NCBI GenBank assembly: GCA_010093745.1
Contig: MU005967.1
Location: forward strand, 1-64,000
Direction of reading: 5' to 3'
DNA length: 64,000 bases
Source: Piedraia hortae CBS 480.64
Lineage: Eukaryota
Below the pieces are notes generated by a model, which saw only the letters and a program-made list of their open reading frames with translations, ran no database searches and was not told where the DNA came from. The stretch's first letter is position 1; every line of letters begins with the position of its first letter. Both the position numbers and the translations under genes were made by a program. Of the stretch, positions 35,103-44,978 are shown piece by piece.

Positions 35103-37064
35103 ATGTCACACCCTAAACCCGAAACCTGGCCAGCGCAATACCTCCTCTCAAACGTCCACCGTGAACTTGGCTCCTATACCGAGTCCATAACCCTCCTCCG
35201 CAAAATCCTCGCAACCAACCCCCGAGAGGTCATAATCCTCCTAAGCCTTCAACAGACCTACAATGAACAAGCCTTATCCAACCTGCGATCGGGTCTCTAC
35301 GGCGCAGCCGCCCTCAGCGCCCATGAAGCAATCAAAACCGCGGGAATCCTCATCTCAGCGCACGCCGACGCAAAAAACCTCTGGAAGAACCTAGGCGACT
35401 CGTGTCTCATCTACACTTTAACAGACAAACTCCCCTTCCCCGCGGAGGAAGTAGCTTCCATCCTCGGGGCCGAAGGCTCTCACTCAGACTCCACCTCAAA
35501 CTCTCCCTCCGCCTCAGCCGAAGGCTCCTCAAGCGACCCCACCCCCTTCCTCGCCGCGCAGCGTGCCTACACGCGCGTCCTCTCCCTGAACAGCAATGAC
35601 ATCCACGCTCAAAGCGTAGCATACTACAACCTAGGCTACATCTCCTACCTAACCTCCACCACCCAAACCACCAAGTCCTCGCTCAAAACCTCAATCCGCA
35701 ACTTCAAAAGCGCGATCGAGCTCGAAGCCGGCAACTCCGAATTCTGGAACGGGCTCGGCGTGGCAGCCATGAAAATAAACCCCCGCGTCGCACAACACGC
35801 GTTCGTGCGGTCCTTGCACCTCAACGAGCTGAACGCACGGGTTTGGACGAATTTGGGTGTGTTGTATCTCCTGCAAAAAGACGAGGAGTTAGCACATCGC
35901 GCATTCGGGAGGGCACAGTCTACTGATCCCACGTATGCGAGTGCGTGGGTGGGTGAGGGGGTGCTAAAGGGAGATAAGGGATTGGCGTCATTCACGCACG
36001 CGTTTGAAATTGCGGACGCGGGGGATAGGGCGGTGAAGAAGGTTTATCCCGCGGCGTTTTTCGATCAGAGTGGAGGCGCGTCGCGTGACCTGGCGGGTCT
36101 GATTCAGCCGCTGTTTGCGTTAGAGCAGCTCCGCGCACAGAGCGGGGGACAGAAGTACGAGCACCTTTCTGCGTTGTTTAGGGAGAGGGTAGGGGATTAT
36201 GATTCCGCAATTGAGAGTTTGATGAAGCTTAGTGAGGCTGCGGAGATGGAGTATGAGGTTGAAGAGAGTAAGGAGGCGTTGGAGCATTATGCGCAGGCGA
36301 AGGCGGATCTGGCGAGGTGTGCGCTTGCGTGTGGGAGGTTCGAGGAGGCGAGAGACAATGCGACTGCGGCATTGGACTTGGAGGTTGGAGGCGAGAGATT
36401 GCGCCTTTCGGCGCATTTGACGGCTGGGCTTGCGGCGGACGGGTTGGGAATGATGGGGGAGGCGGTTGCGATGTTTAAGAAGGCGCTTACGGAGAGTGAG
36501 GGCGCGGCGGATGTGTTTTGTTTGCTGGGGAAGGTGCTTTGGGCGAAGGGGGGTACGGAGGAGAGGGATGTGGCGAGGGAACAGGTCGTGGGGTGTATAG
36601 AGCGGAATCCGGATCATGTGGGTTGTGTTGTTCTGTTGGGTGCCATGGCCGCGTTGGATGATGATGTGGAAGGGTTGGAGGCGGTAAAGGAGGATCTCCT
36701 GCGGTTGAGGATGAGGGAGGGATTAGAGGCTGCTGATGCAGCGGATATTGATCGATTGTTACTCGCTCTGGCGGGTTTGGAGTCGAATGGGAATGAACTG
36801 GCGCAGGCGCAGGAAGCGGTTGCCCTTCATCCCGAGGAGCCAAATGCTTGGGCTGAACTGGCGGCTCTTTCTGACGACGCGACTGTAGCCAAGACGGCCC
36901 TGAGGGCTGCACAAAAGGCTGTTCCGCCCTTTGGCAGTCTAGATGCTGCCGCTTTGGCGAAGGCTGCGGCAGAGGTGGGAGATGGAAGATCAGTGCAAGA
37001 GGCTGTTGTGCTTGCACCGTGGGAGGCAGTGGGATGGAAGAGATTAATAGAATTGGCTACATGA
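35103..37064 (+). CDS. SKI3: Superkiller protein 3, C-terminal half (TPR repeats), 653 aa
   Basis: ETWPAQYLLSNVHRELG, FKSAIELEAGNSEFWNGLG, VAQHAFVRSLHLNE, RAQSTDPTYASAWVGEG, ends AVVLAPWEAVGW; ATG in acaATG context; frame open back to 35016. Confidence 0.88.
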   Translation: MSHPKPETWPAQYLLSNVHRELGSYTESITLLRKILATNPREVIILLSLQQTYNEQALSNLRSGLYGAAALSAHEAIKTAGILISAHADAKNLWKNLGDSCLIYTLTDKLPFPAEEVASILGAEGSHSDSTSNSPSASAEGSSSDPTPFLAAQRAYTRVLSLNSNDIHAQSVAYYNLGYISYLTSTTQTTKSSLKTSIRNFKSAIELEAGNSEFWNGLGVAAMKINPRVAQHAFVRSLHLNELNARVWTNLGVLYLLQKDEELAHRAFGRAQSTDPTYASAWVGEGVLKGDKGLASFTHAFEIADAGDRAVKKVYPAAFFDQSGGASRDLAGLIQPLFALEQLRAQSGGQKYEHLSALFRERVGDYDSAIESLMKLSEAAEMEYEVEESKEALEHYAQAKADLARCALACGRFEEARDNATAALDLEVGGERLRLSAHLTAGLAADGLGMMGEAVAMFKKALTESEGAADVFCLLGKVLWAKGGTEERDVAREQVVGCIERNPDHVGCVVLLGAMAALDDDVEGLEAVKEDLLRLRMREGLEAADAADIDRLLLALAGLESNGNELAQAQEAVALHPEEPNAWAELAALSDDATVAKTALRAAQKAVPPFGSLDAAALAKAAAEVGDGRSVQEAVVLAPWEAVGWKRLIELAT

Positions 37065-37118
37065 GGTGAGCGTTTATACATTAACTTACACACTAATCGT
37101 ACAACGGTAGACACCGGT

Positions 37119-38037
37119 TTACTCGACGAACGACTGCAGCCGCTTCAGCCAGTCCACGTATTCCTTTTGCTCATGCTCGATGACATGGTCTGGAATGAAC
37201 ATGGAGAGGTTGGTGTTGATGCCGCGAGCTTCGAGGTATTTGTGGAACAGCGACTGGACCTCCTCGTCCAAATGAGGGAACAGCGGTCCAGTATACACTC
37301 CGTCCGTGTCTTTACGAAGCAGCTCGACGGCCGAGGTTGAATGCATTTCCTTACTGTCTGGCAGATGCACGACATGGTTGATGTGGAAAAAGCTGTCGGT
37401 GGTATCCATGTACAGCTTCAGAGCGCCCTGTGGAGAGTCAGCGATGATCCTTCAACGGGAGCGGCATACTGACCTTGTTCCTCTTACGAATCAGAACGCG
37501 GACTTCGGCCGGGATAGGCACATCCCAGTCCTCCTCCTCCAACGTCTCAGCCTTTGAATCCGATTCCTCGTAGCGCTGATCCATGCGGTCTTCAGGCACA
37601 ACCTTGAACTTGTCTGACGTTCCACTGTTGATTTCGTCGCTGTCTAGCTCATCGTCACTCATCTCGTCTTCCATCTCTTCATCCGGCCCAAGGCTATTGT
37701 CCGCCTCAGAGACGTTGAACATGACGGTGATGTCCTCATCTTCGTATTTGCGCTCCATGATCACCTCCCCCGTGCCTGTCGTGTCGGAGATCTTCCATCC
37801 TGGGTTCTTTTCCAGGAAAGACTTGACATCGAGGTTATTCGTCTTAGACATCTCGTTTGACTCCAACTGAGCCTCCTGCGAAAGTTTGGCCGCCAATTGT
37901 TGAGAGGCGGAGTCGAAGCGGGAGTGCGAGAGCGAGAATGCTTGAACACGCTGCGTAGGGAATCGGCGGAACGGCGTTCTGCAGGCAAATCGGGTAGTAC
38001 CCCGAGGGATAGCACGGTATACAGTTCGTGTGAGCAT
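37119..38037 (-). CDS. MAM33: Mitochondrial acidic matrix glycoprotein (MAM33/C1QBP)
   Basis: Arg-rich presequence, acidic loop, intron 37428-37473, YTGPLF..LDEEVQ..YLEARGIN..EQKEYVDWL. Confidence 0.9.
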
Positions 38038-38187
38038 GATGTTAATGAAAGCCGGTGATGTTAAGCTGAAAGTTCAAAGCGGAACAACGTCTGCGGAAAA
38101 AAAAAAAACGGTGCGGTAGCGGACGGGTCGGGTCGGACCGTAGCTTGAACCACTGCTAGCGCGCCTTCAACCTCAGATGTTCAGACC

Positions 38188-39072
38188 ATGGCCGAGTCGC
38201 AAAGCTCCAAACCCTCACCGCTTCGATCAATTATCGCCGGAAGTACGGCAGGTGCTGTTGAAATTGCCATCACATACCCAGCGGAATTTGCAAAGACCCG
38301 TATACAATTAAATCAGCGACTGGGACCAGGTCAGAAGTTGCCATGGCCTCCCTTTGGACGACAGTGGTACGCGGGATGCACAACCCTGATAGTTGGAAAC
38401 AGCATAAAAGCCGGCGTTCGCTTCGTGGCCTTTGACCAATACAAGCAAATGCTGTCAAATAGTGACGGCACGATATCAGGGCCCATGACAGTCGTAAGCG
38501 GCTTCCTAGCCGGAGCTACCGAGAGTTTGCTAGCTGTGACGCCGTTCGAGAGCATAAAGACTCAGCTCATTGATGACCAGAAGCGGACACAGCCGCGGAT
38601 GCGAGGCTTCATCCACGGCAGCGGGGTCATATTTCGCGATGAGGGCATAAAGGGCTTTTTCAAAGGCTTTGTGCCTACCACTGCTAGACAGGCAGCGAAC
38701 AGTGCGGTACGGTTTAGTGCTTATACTTCGCTACGTCAGGCAGCACAGTCGTACGTTGCACCCGGCGAGAAGCTGAATTCGGCAGCGACGTTTGCCATAG
38801 GAGGAATGGCGGGGATTGCCACGGTTTACTCAACACAACCAATCGATACGGTCAAGACGAGGATGCAGAGCCTGGATTCAAAGGGTCAGTACAAGAACAG
38901 CATCGACTGTGCAATTAAAATAGTCCAGAACGAGGGTTTCTTCAAGCTCTGGAGTGGTGCATTACCTCGGCTAGGCCGGTTGGTCTTGAGTGGTGGCATT
39001 GTGTTTACCATGTACGAACAGACCATGGACCTGATGAATAGGGTAGATCCTCAGCGGAGGTATATCCCTTGA
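38188..39072 (+). CDS. CTP1: Mitochondrial citrate/tricarboxylate carrier
   Basis: Three carrier repeats (YPAEFAKTR, TPFESIKTQ, QPIDTVKTRMQ), GNSIKAGVRF, RQAANSAVRF. Confidence 0.92.
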   Translation: MAESQSSKPSPLRSIIAGSTAGAVEIAITYPAEFAKTRIQLNQRLGPGQKLPWPPFGRQWYAGCTTLIVGNSIKAGVRFVAFDQYKQMLSNSDGTISGPMTVVSGFLAGATESLLAVTPFESIKTQLIDDQKRTQPRMRGFIHGSGVIFRDEGIKGFFKGFVPTTARQAANSAVRFSAYTSLRQAAQSYVAPGEKLNSAATFAIGGMAGIATVYSTQPIDTVKTRMQSLDSKGQYKNSIDCAIKIVQNEGFFKLWSGALPRLGRLVLSGGIVFTMYEQTMDLMNRVDPQRRYIP

Positions 39073-39199
39073 GTAAAAAGACGGTGAGGAATAGATACCA
39101 ACAGCGACTTTTGACTTCAGACATGGCTGGCCCGGTGCTCTTAGCTGGGCGGTGAATAAGATGATGCAGATTAGATTAACGTGTATCATACAGAACAAA

Positions 39200-39909
39200 T
39201 TACTGCCCATCTTGCTTCCGATCGAGCACCTTGTCTACGATGCCCCAATCCAGAGCTTCTGTGGCGCCCATAAAGTAGTCTCTCTCCATAATCTTTTCGA
39301 TCTCGTCCAGACTCTTTTTGCCGCCCTCTTTCGGCGTCAGATGTCTTTGGTAAATCTTGTTTAACTGCTCTCTGACCCGTAAAATTTCCTTTGCGTGAAT
39401 GGCAATGTCCGATGCCTGACCGTGATACCCGCCGGAGACTTGATGCACCATGATTCTGCTATGCGGTAAACACTGTCTTTGGCCCTTTGCACCGCCGCAC
39501 AGCAGCAAGCTACCCATGCTGGCAGCCTCGCCCATGCAGATTGTGGCGACGGGCGAGCGAATGTACTGCATGGTGTCGTAGATGGCCAGGCCAGCAGTCA
39601 CGCTGCCCCCCGGGCTGTTGATGTACATGTTAATGGGCTTGGAAGGGTTCTCAGCTTCGAGAAACAGCAGCTGGGCCACAACGGACGCCGAAGTTCTCTC
39701 GTCCACCTCGCCATTGAGGCAGACGATGCGCTCTTTTAGCAGTCGCGAGAAGATGTCGAATGTCTGCCATCCGCCTCCCTAATTGGCTAAGCAGCGGCCG
39801 CTGGTGAGTTTGATATACGTACAGTTGACTCGGTCACAAACGGATAGGGCAGATTGGAATATAGAGGGGTTCCTCTTTGCGCGAGCCGCCGGACACTTTG
39901 TTTGAACAT
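39200..39909 (-). CDS. CLPP: Mitochondrial ATP-dependent Clp protease proteolytic subunit
   Basis: Intron 39779-39822; [45 protein letters not shown]. Confidence 0.95.
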
Positions 39910-40006
39910 TGTTAGGGTGGTGTGTGGCCTGGAACACACCGTCGTCAAGGCAGGAGCAGAACCGGGGCGCATTCCGTTCACCAAGCAAATTCTACATATC
40001 TACAGA

Positions 40007-40681
40007 CTACACGTTGCCCATATTGGCCTTCTCCTTGAGCATTCCAAGCCTGTCATCTTTCCATTTTTGGTGCCATGCATCAACCTTACCGCCCAGATAT
40101 TCCACATTACAAGGCTCGAGAAGTAAAAGACCGCGCGCGACGGTGAAGTTCCGAAGCACGAATTTGGATCCAATGGCCATGTCAACGCCTACTTTGTTGA
40201 CGGGGGCAAGCTCCAAAGCATATGCTTTGACGCCTTTCGCATCTTGCAACAGCAACTTGTGAGGGCCGGTGAACGAAGGCAAAGCCGGAGTTTCATCATG
40301 CTCATCCGGCGCCGCAGGAATAATCTCCCTGCCTCGAGTGACCTCTCCCCGTTGTGCAGCTTCGATGGCTTCGACCTGGCTCCACCGGCTGCGACCAATG
40401 TCCTCCACATCAAGCACCTGCACAGTTACAGGCCCACGTACAGACTTCTCCCTGGCGGTCGCGTCAGTCACATTGGCTGGAAAGCACAACGACGGCCGCA
40501 CCGATGTCTGCAGGTCAGAAGCCAGTATACGGAAAAGAGCAGTATTACGCAGGCCGACCAGCGGCGTATCAGCCCGGATACCTTGCATGAGCATCTGCAT
40601 CCATGCTCCGTTAGGCGGGACCTGTTTGGAAGCCAGGAACTCCGTAATCTGCGAGGCTAGCTCGGCTCCATCGCTGCTCAT
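40007..40681 (-). CDS. RMI1: RecQ-mediated genome instability protein 1 (N-terminal OB fold)
   Basis: VQVLDVEDIGRSRWSQVEAIE, HKLLLQDAKG, IGSKFVL..VARGLLLLEP..LGGKV. Confidence 0.88.
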   Translation of the reverse strand: MSSDGAELASQITEFLASKQVPPNGAWMQMLMQGIRADTPLVGLRNTALFRILASDLQTSVRPSLCFPANVTDATAREKSVRGPVTVQVLDVEDIGRSRWSQVEAIEAAQRGEVTRGREIIPAAPDEHDETPALPSFTGPHKLLLQDAKGVKAYALELAPVNKVGVDMAIGSKFVLRNFTVARGLLLLEPCNVEYLGGKVDAWHQKWKDDRLGMLKEKANMGNV

Positions 40682-40821
40682 TGTGGAGGCCGAGGTGCGA
40701 GGTGCCGGGCTGAAACGGGCTTAGCTCCCGACGGCCCTTGGACGTGGATTGGTGGGGCTATCGGCTAGCGTCGGGTAGCGCCAGACGACCAGCAAAGAGG
40801 GAATGAGGGAGAGTCGCGGAC

Positions 40822-43119
40822 ATGCTTGGCCGACGGCGCAATAGGCTGCTGGCCGCTATCGTCTTCTTTGCGCTCGTCTTTACGTTGTACTCCAAACGGC
40901 CGCAGGTTTCGCAAATCGCCACCAGCGACCGAATTGTCGGCGGCGGCGCCGTCATCCGCCCACATGGCAAGGAAGGGACGAGTTCAGCAGCGCGTGCGGC
41001 GCCCACAAGGCACCCCGCAACACCAACGCTGGAGGAGGATAAGCTTCCCATTGCCTTTGGCCAAGGCCGCAAGGAACCTGACAGCGTGGCGGCCGAGCTG
41101 ACGCGCATCCACTGGACGTCGGCCAAGGAGCAGTTTCCCATCTCGACGACGATGCAGCTGCCCACGGCTACGGCTGCAGCCATTCCGCGAATTCAAATTA
41201 TCGGCCCCAAAGCTGGAAAAGCCGATAAGCAGCGGCTGGACAAGATCCGGGAGGCAACGCAATGGGCGTGGAATGGCTACCGTAACAAAGGCTGGGGTGC
41301 CGATGAGATCAAGCCCGTCTCGGGTGGGGTGAAAAACCTCTTTAATGGCTGGGGTGCTACGCTCGTCGACAGCCTCGACACCCTGTGGATCATGGACATG
41401 AAAAAGGAGTTTGACGAAGCGGTGGAGCAGGTGAAGAACATCGACTTCACCACCACCAAGCGCAGCGACATTCCTCTGTTTGAGACGACGATCCGCTATC
41501 TGGGCGGGTTGATTGGTGCGTACGATGTCACCGGGCGGCAGCAGCAATACGCTGTTCTGCTGCACAAGGCCGTCGAACTGGCCGATGTTCTGTATTCCGC
41601 ATTTGACACTCCCAATCGTATGCCGCAGACTTATTACAGATGGCGTCCTGCGTTTGCATCCCAGCCCCACCGCGCTGGCTACAGAGTCATCCTTGCCGAG
41701 CTCGGCAGCCTCTCGTTGGAATTTACCCGTCTTGCACAGCTGACGGGCGAACCAAAGTATTATGATGCCGTTCAACGCATCACCGATGCCCTGGAAGAGT
41801 GGCAGAACAACACACGCATTCCCGGCATGTGGCCCATTAATGTAGACGCATCTGGCTGTGAGAAACCAGCTCAGATCCACGTCAAACCCGCCAGCGTCAT
41901 TCAGTACAACGACAATGGCGACCAAATGATGATTGGTCCGCCACTGTTAGCTCATGGACCAAAGAAACAACAGAAGCGTGACAATCTGCCGTCCGCTGAA
42001 CCGCAGTCGTCACCGAACACGCGGTCTGAATCTCAATACAGTGGCCAGGACGTATGTCTTCCCAAGGGCTTGGGCTCAGCCAGCAAATCAGGCGATGAAA
42101 CCTTTAGTCTCGGTGCCATGTCTGACTCAACATACGAGTATCTGCCCAAAGAGTACCTTCTCCTCGGGGGCAAGATGGATCAATACAAGAAAATGTACGA
42201 GCGCGCTGCAGACGTGGCTAAGAAGTACGTTCTTTTCCGACCCATGACCCCCGACAATGTAGACATTCTCTTCTCCGGCGTTCTCTATGTCGGCGTCAAT
42301 ATCACAGACGACTCGTACATTTACCAACATGTCCCCGAAGCAGAGCACCTGTCCTGCTTCGCCGGCGGCATGTTTGCCATGGGCGGAAAAATCTTCAACC
42401 GACCTGAGGAGGTCGAAATCGGCGCAAAACTTACCAACGGCTGCGTGTGGGCGTACAACGTTTCGCAAACAGGCATTATGCCTGAGAAATTCCTCACAGT
42501 CCGCTGTTCCGACAGTAAAGACTGCCCATGGGATGAGAAGAAATACTGGGCGGCTCTTGACCCGTATGAGGAATCTCGTCAACAACTCTCCAACCTTCCA
42601 CAGCAAAAACCACCTCCACATCACTACTCCGACGAAAGTCCCTCTGAGAAAAACCTCGAAAGCAGGATGAGGAACAGCACAATCGGCCCTCGCGCCGCAG
42701 CGGACGAAACAGACCGCTTCCTCCCTGCGGAGCCTCTTTCCCACGAAGATTTCGTCGCGGCACGCATCGCAGAGGAAAGGCTCCCTCCAGGCTTCACATC
42801 CGTTGAGTCGAGGAAGTATATCCTCCGCCCCGAAGCCATTGAAAGCGTCTTCTACATGTTCCGCATCACCGGCAACGAGTACTGGCGCGAGGTTGGATGG
42901 AACATGTTTGTTGCGATTGATACTCATACGCGCACGTCGCTGGCGCATTCGGCTGTTAAAGATGTTACGATGAAGACGACGGCGTTCGAGGACTCGATGG
43001 AGAGCTTCTGGATCGCGGAGACGTTGAAGTACTTTTACCTCTTGTTTGAGGATAGCGAGAAGTGGAGTCTTGATGACTATGTCTTCAATACTGAGGCGCA
43101 TCCGTTTAAGAGGATGTGA
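40822..43119 (+). CDS. Class I alpha-1,2-mannosidase (GH47), type II membrane protein
   Basis: N-terminal TM; GWGATLVDSLDTL, FETTIRYLGG, LAELGSLSLEF, YILRPEAIES, MESFWIAETLKY, FNTEAHP. Confidence 0.95.
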   Translation: MLGRRRNRLLAAIVFFALVFTLYSKRPQVSQIATSDRIVGGGAVIRPHGKEGTSSAARAAPTRHPATPTLEEDKLPIAFGQGRKEPDSVAAELTRIHWTSAKEQFPISTTMQLPTATAAAIPRIQIIGPKAGKADKQRLDKIREATQWAWNGYRNKGWGADEIKPVSGGVKNLFNGWGATLVDSLDTLWIMDMKKEFDEAVEQVKNIDFTTTKRSDIPLFETTIRYLGGLIGAYDVTGRQQQYAVLLHKAVELADVLYSAFDTPNRMPQTYYRWRPAFASQPHRAGYRVILAELGSLSLEFTRLAQLTGEPKYYDAVQRITDALEEWQNNTRIPGMWPINVDASGCEKPAQIHVKPASVIQYNDNGDQMMIGPPLLAHGPKKQQKRDNLPSAEPQSSPNTRSESQYSGQDVCLPKGLGSASKSGDETFSLGAMSDSTYEYLPKEYLLLGGKMDQYKKMYERAADVAKKYVLFRPMTPDNVDILFSGVLYVGVNITDDSYIYQHVPEAEHLSCFAGGMFAMGGKIFNRPEEVEIGAKLTNGCVWAYNVSQTGIMPEKFLTVRCSDSKDCPWDEKKYWAALDPYEESRQQLSNLPQQKPPPHHYSDESPSEKNLESRMRNSTIGPRAAADETDRFLPAEPLSHEDFVAARIAEERLPPGFTSVESRKYILRPEAIESVFYMFRITGNEYWREVGWNMFVAIDTHTRTSLAHSAVKDVTMKTTAFEDSMESFWIAETLKYFYLLFEDSEKWSLDDYVFNTEAHPFKRM

Positions 43120-43506
43120 GCTATGATTGTTGATATCATGTGAAAAGTATTTTATTTGGGATGGGTTGGACTGGATAATCTAGTTGTCTTGACAAGTGCT
43201 TAGCATTCACAGCGATCATCACCAACTGCAGAAGCTTACTGTTTTTTTTTTATGGGAAGAATGCCTCCCAACCAAGTCGTGAATCTTGTCTCAAGCGATT
43301 GGCAATGAACCTTGCCGTCAAATCATCAAGCCATCATTCCACTGAATTACCTAACCTGCAACGGTATGTACATCTGTACACAAAGTATACTAACCTGTAG
43401 GACCCTCCCCAAACCTATCGAAACACCTGGGTATCATCTTCATCTCATTCTTCTCATCACCCCCACCTGTTACTCCCCCCCCTCTTACCATTTATTCCCC
43501 ACTTGC

Positions 43507-43770
43507 CTACCCTCTACTCCCCCCACCTAACCCCCCCGCTTTTCCCCCAATCAGAAAAACAATTGGAATCGCACCAGCTGCGATGGTAAGGATATATATC
43601 ACGACAACCACAAGCCAAAGCCATCTTACCCCGTGACCACTCTTCCTGCCATTTGTATCGCGTTTCCACCATGTCGATGTGGGGTTGGCAGGAGGGGTGT
43701 CGTGGAGAGGGAGGGGGATGATGTGTTCTCTGCTGCTGTTGAAGTCTTTTTGGGGTGGGGTTTTGGACAT
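43507..43770 (-). CDS. Small single-pass membrane protein, 87 aa (hypothetical)
   Basis: ATG ORF with WLWLVVVVIYILTIAAGAIPIVFLIG hydrophobic segment. Confidence 0.45.
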   Translation of the reverse strand: MSKTPPQKDFNSSREHIIPLPLHDTPPANPTSTWWKRDTNGRKSGHGVRWLWLVVVVIYILTIAAGAIPIVFLIGGKAGGLGGGSRG

Positions 43771-44978
43771 CGTTCCTTGGGCGGGTGATGGGTTGGTTGA
43801 TGGATCCCGTGTGCTGGTCCCGTGTATGGGTAGTTTTATCTCTTGGGTTGGTCGGTATGGGTGGGTTCCCCCCTGCCTGGTTGTTGAGTTAAGTGGACGC
43901 GTCGCTTGAATACTCCGCTTCGTAGATCGAGGAGAGGGTGATTCGTCGTTTCGCGATCAAAGTGATGCTCCCGTAGCCCTGCTACAATTGAGATGTGTCG
44001 GCGCTTCACGGTTCGCTCTTCTCAGCTTAGCCCGCTACCCTTCCAGTCAATCGTGAGATAGTGTCGTCGCTTCGTTAGATTGTAGCTTGCTACACTTCCA
44101 ATGGACCGTCAAGGTGAAGAAGCCAAGGCTGAAATACAATCCGCCCCAACCACGTTAGTGGCGCATGGTTTCACCAATAGACTCCTAATATTGGACCTTG
44201 CGGTTGATGTGGTTGGCTGGCGCCACAACCGTTTCTCGTAATCGGTTGTTTCAAGCGGGGGCCAGGGGGGTGCCGAGGTGGTTGTTCTCGACCGTCGACT
44301 CCTCGCATCAGGGCACATGTTTTGTGGTGTTGGGGTAGAGGATAGAAGAGTAAAATCAGCAGGGTCTACGAGCGAACGAGGGTCGTGAACGATAGGTGGA
44401 TTTTGCGAAACTGTGAGGTTGAGAGTCTATAATGTGGGTAGACTTGAATACCCTCGACATGATGAGGTCCCAAAAGCAGTCTATAGCAGCTGCTCTATCC
44501 CGTTTCGAATCTGTTATTGATACCTACTAGGTATCAATCGTGGAACAGCATTCAACTGCAAAGCAAACAAGTGTACCTCCGCCACAAAACCGTACCCCAC
44601 GCATCGTAGACGTTTATGGCCTCCCAAAAGTCATAATTTCACATTCTGTGTACATCACCACTGCGTGCACACTCGCGAATTACTCAGCCTATAGCCGACG
44701 AACATGGCCGAAACCTAATTTATCTAATGCTCCTCAGTCAATAGATTAACATCACACGCTTTTCAACGTTCCCATTATCGTCTACGACTAATATCGTCCT
44801 CCAGCGGTAGACGCCAAAAGCCACAATGACCCAAAAGCCTGAGCATATCATCATGAGCAATGGCAATGCCTCTCAACTTCATGGGAGGCTAAAAACTCAA
44901 GTTTCAAACAAAGAATACTACAACAAAACTACCAACGCACAACGATATATACCCTCCACAAAATCCCAAAACATTCCC

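Noticed and set aside
43900..44900. Possible element relic between the small membrane ORF and SGS1
   Set aside because: No diagnostic motif or repeat boundaries
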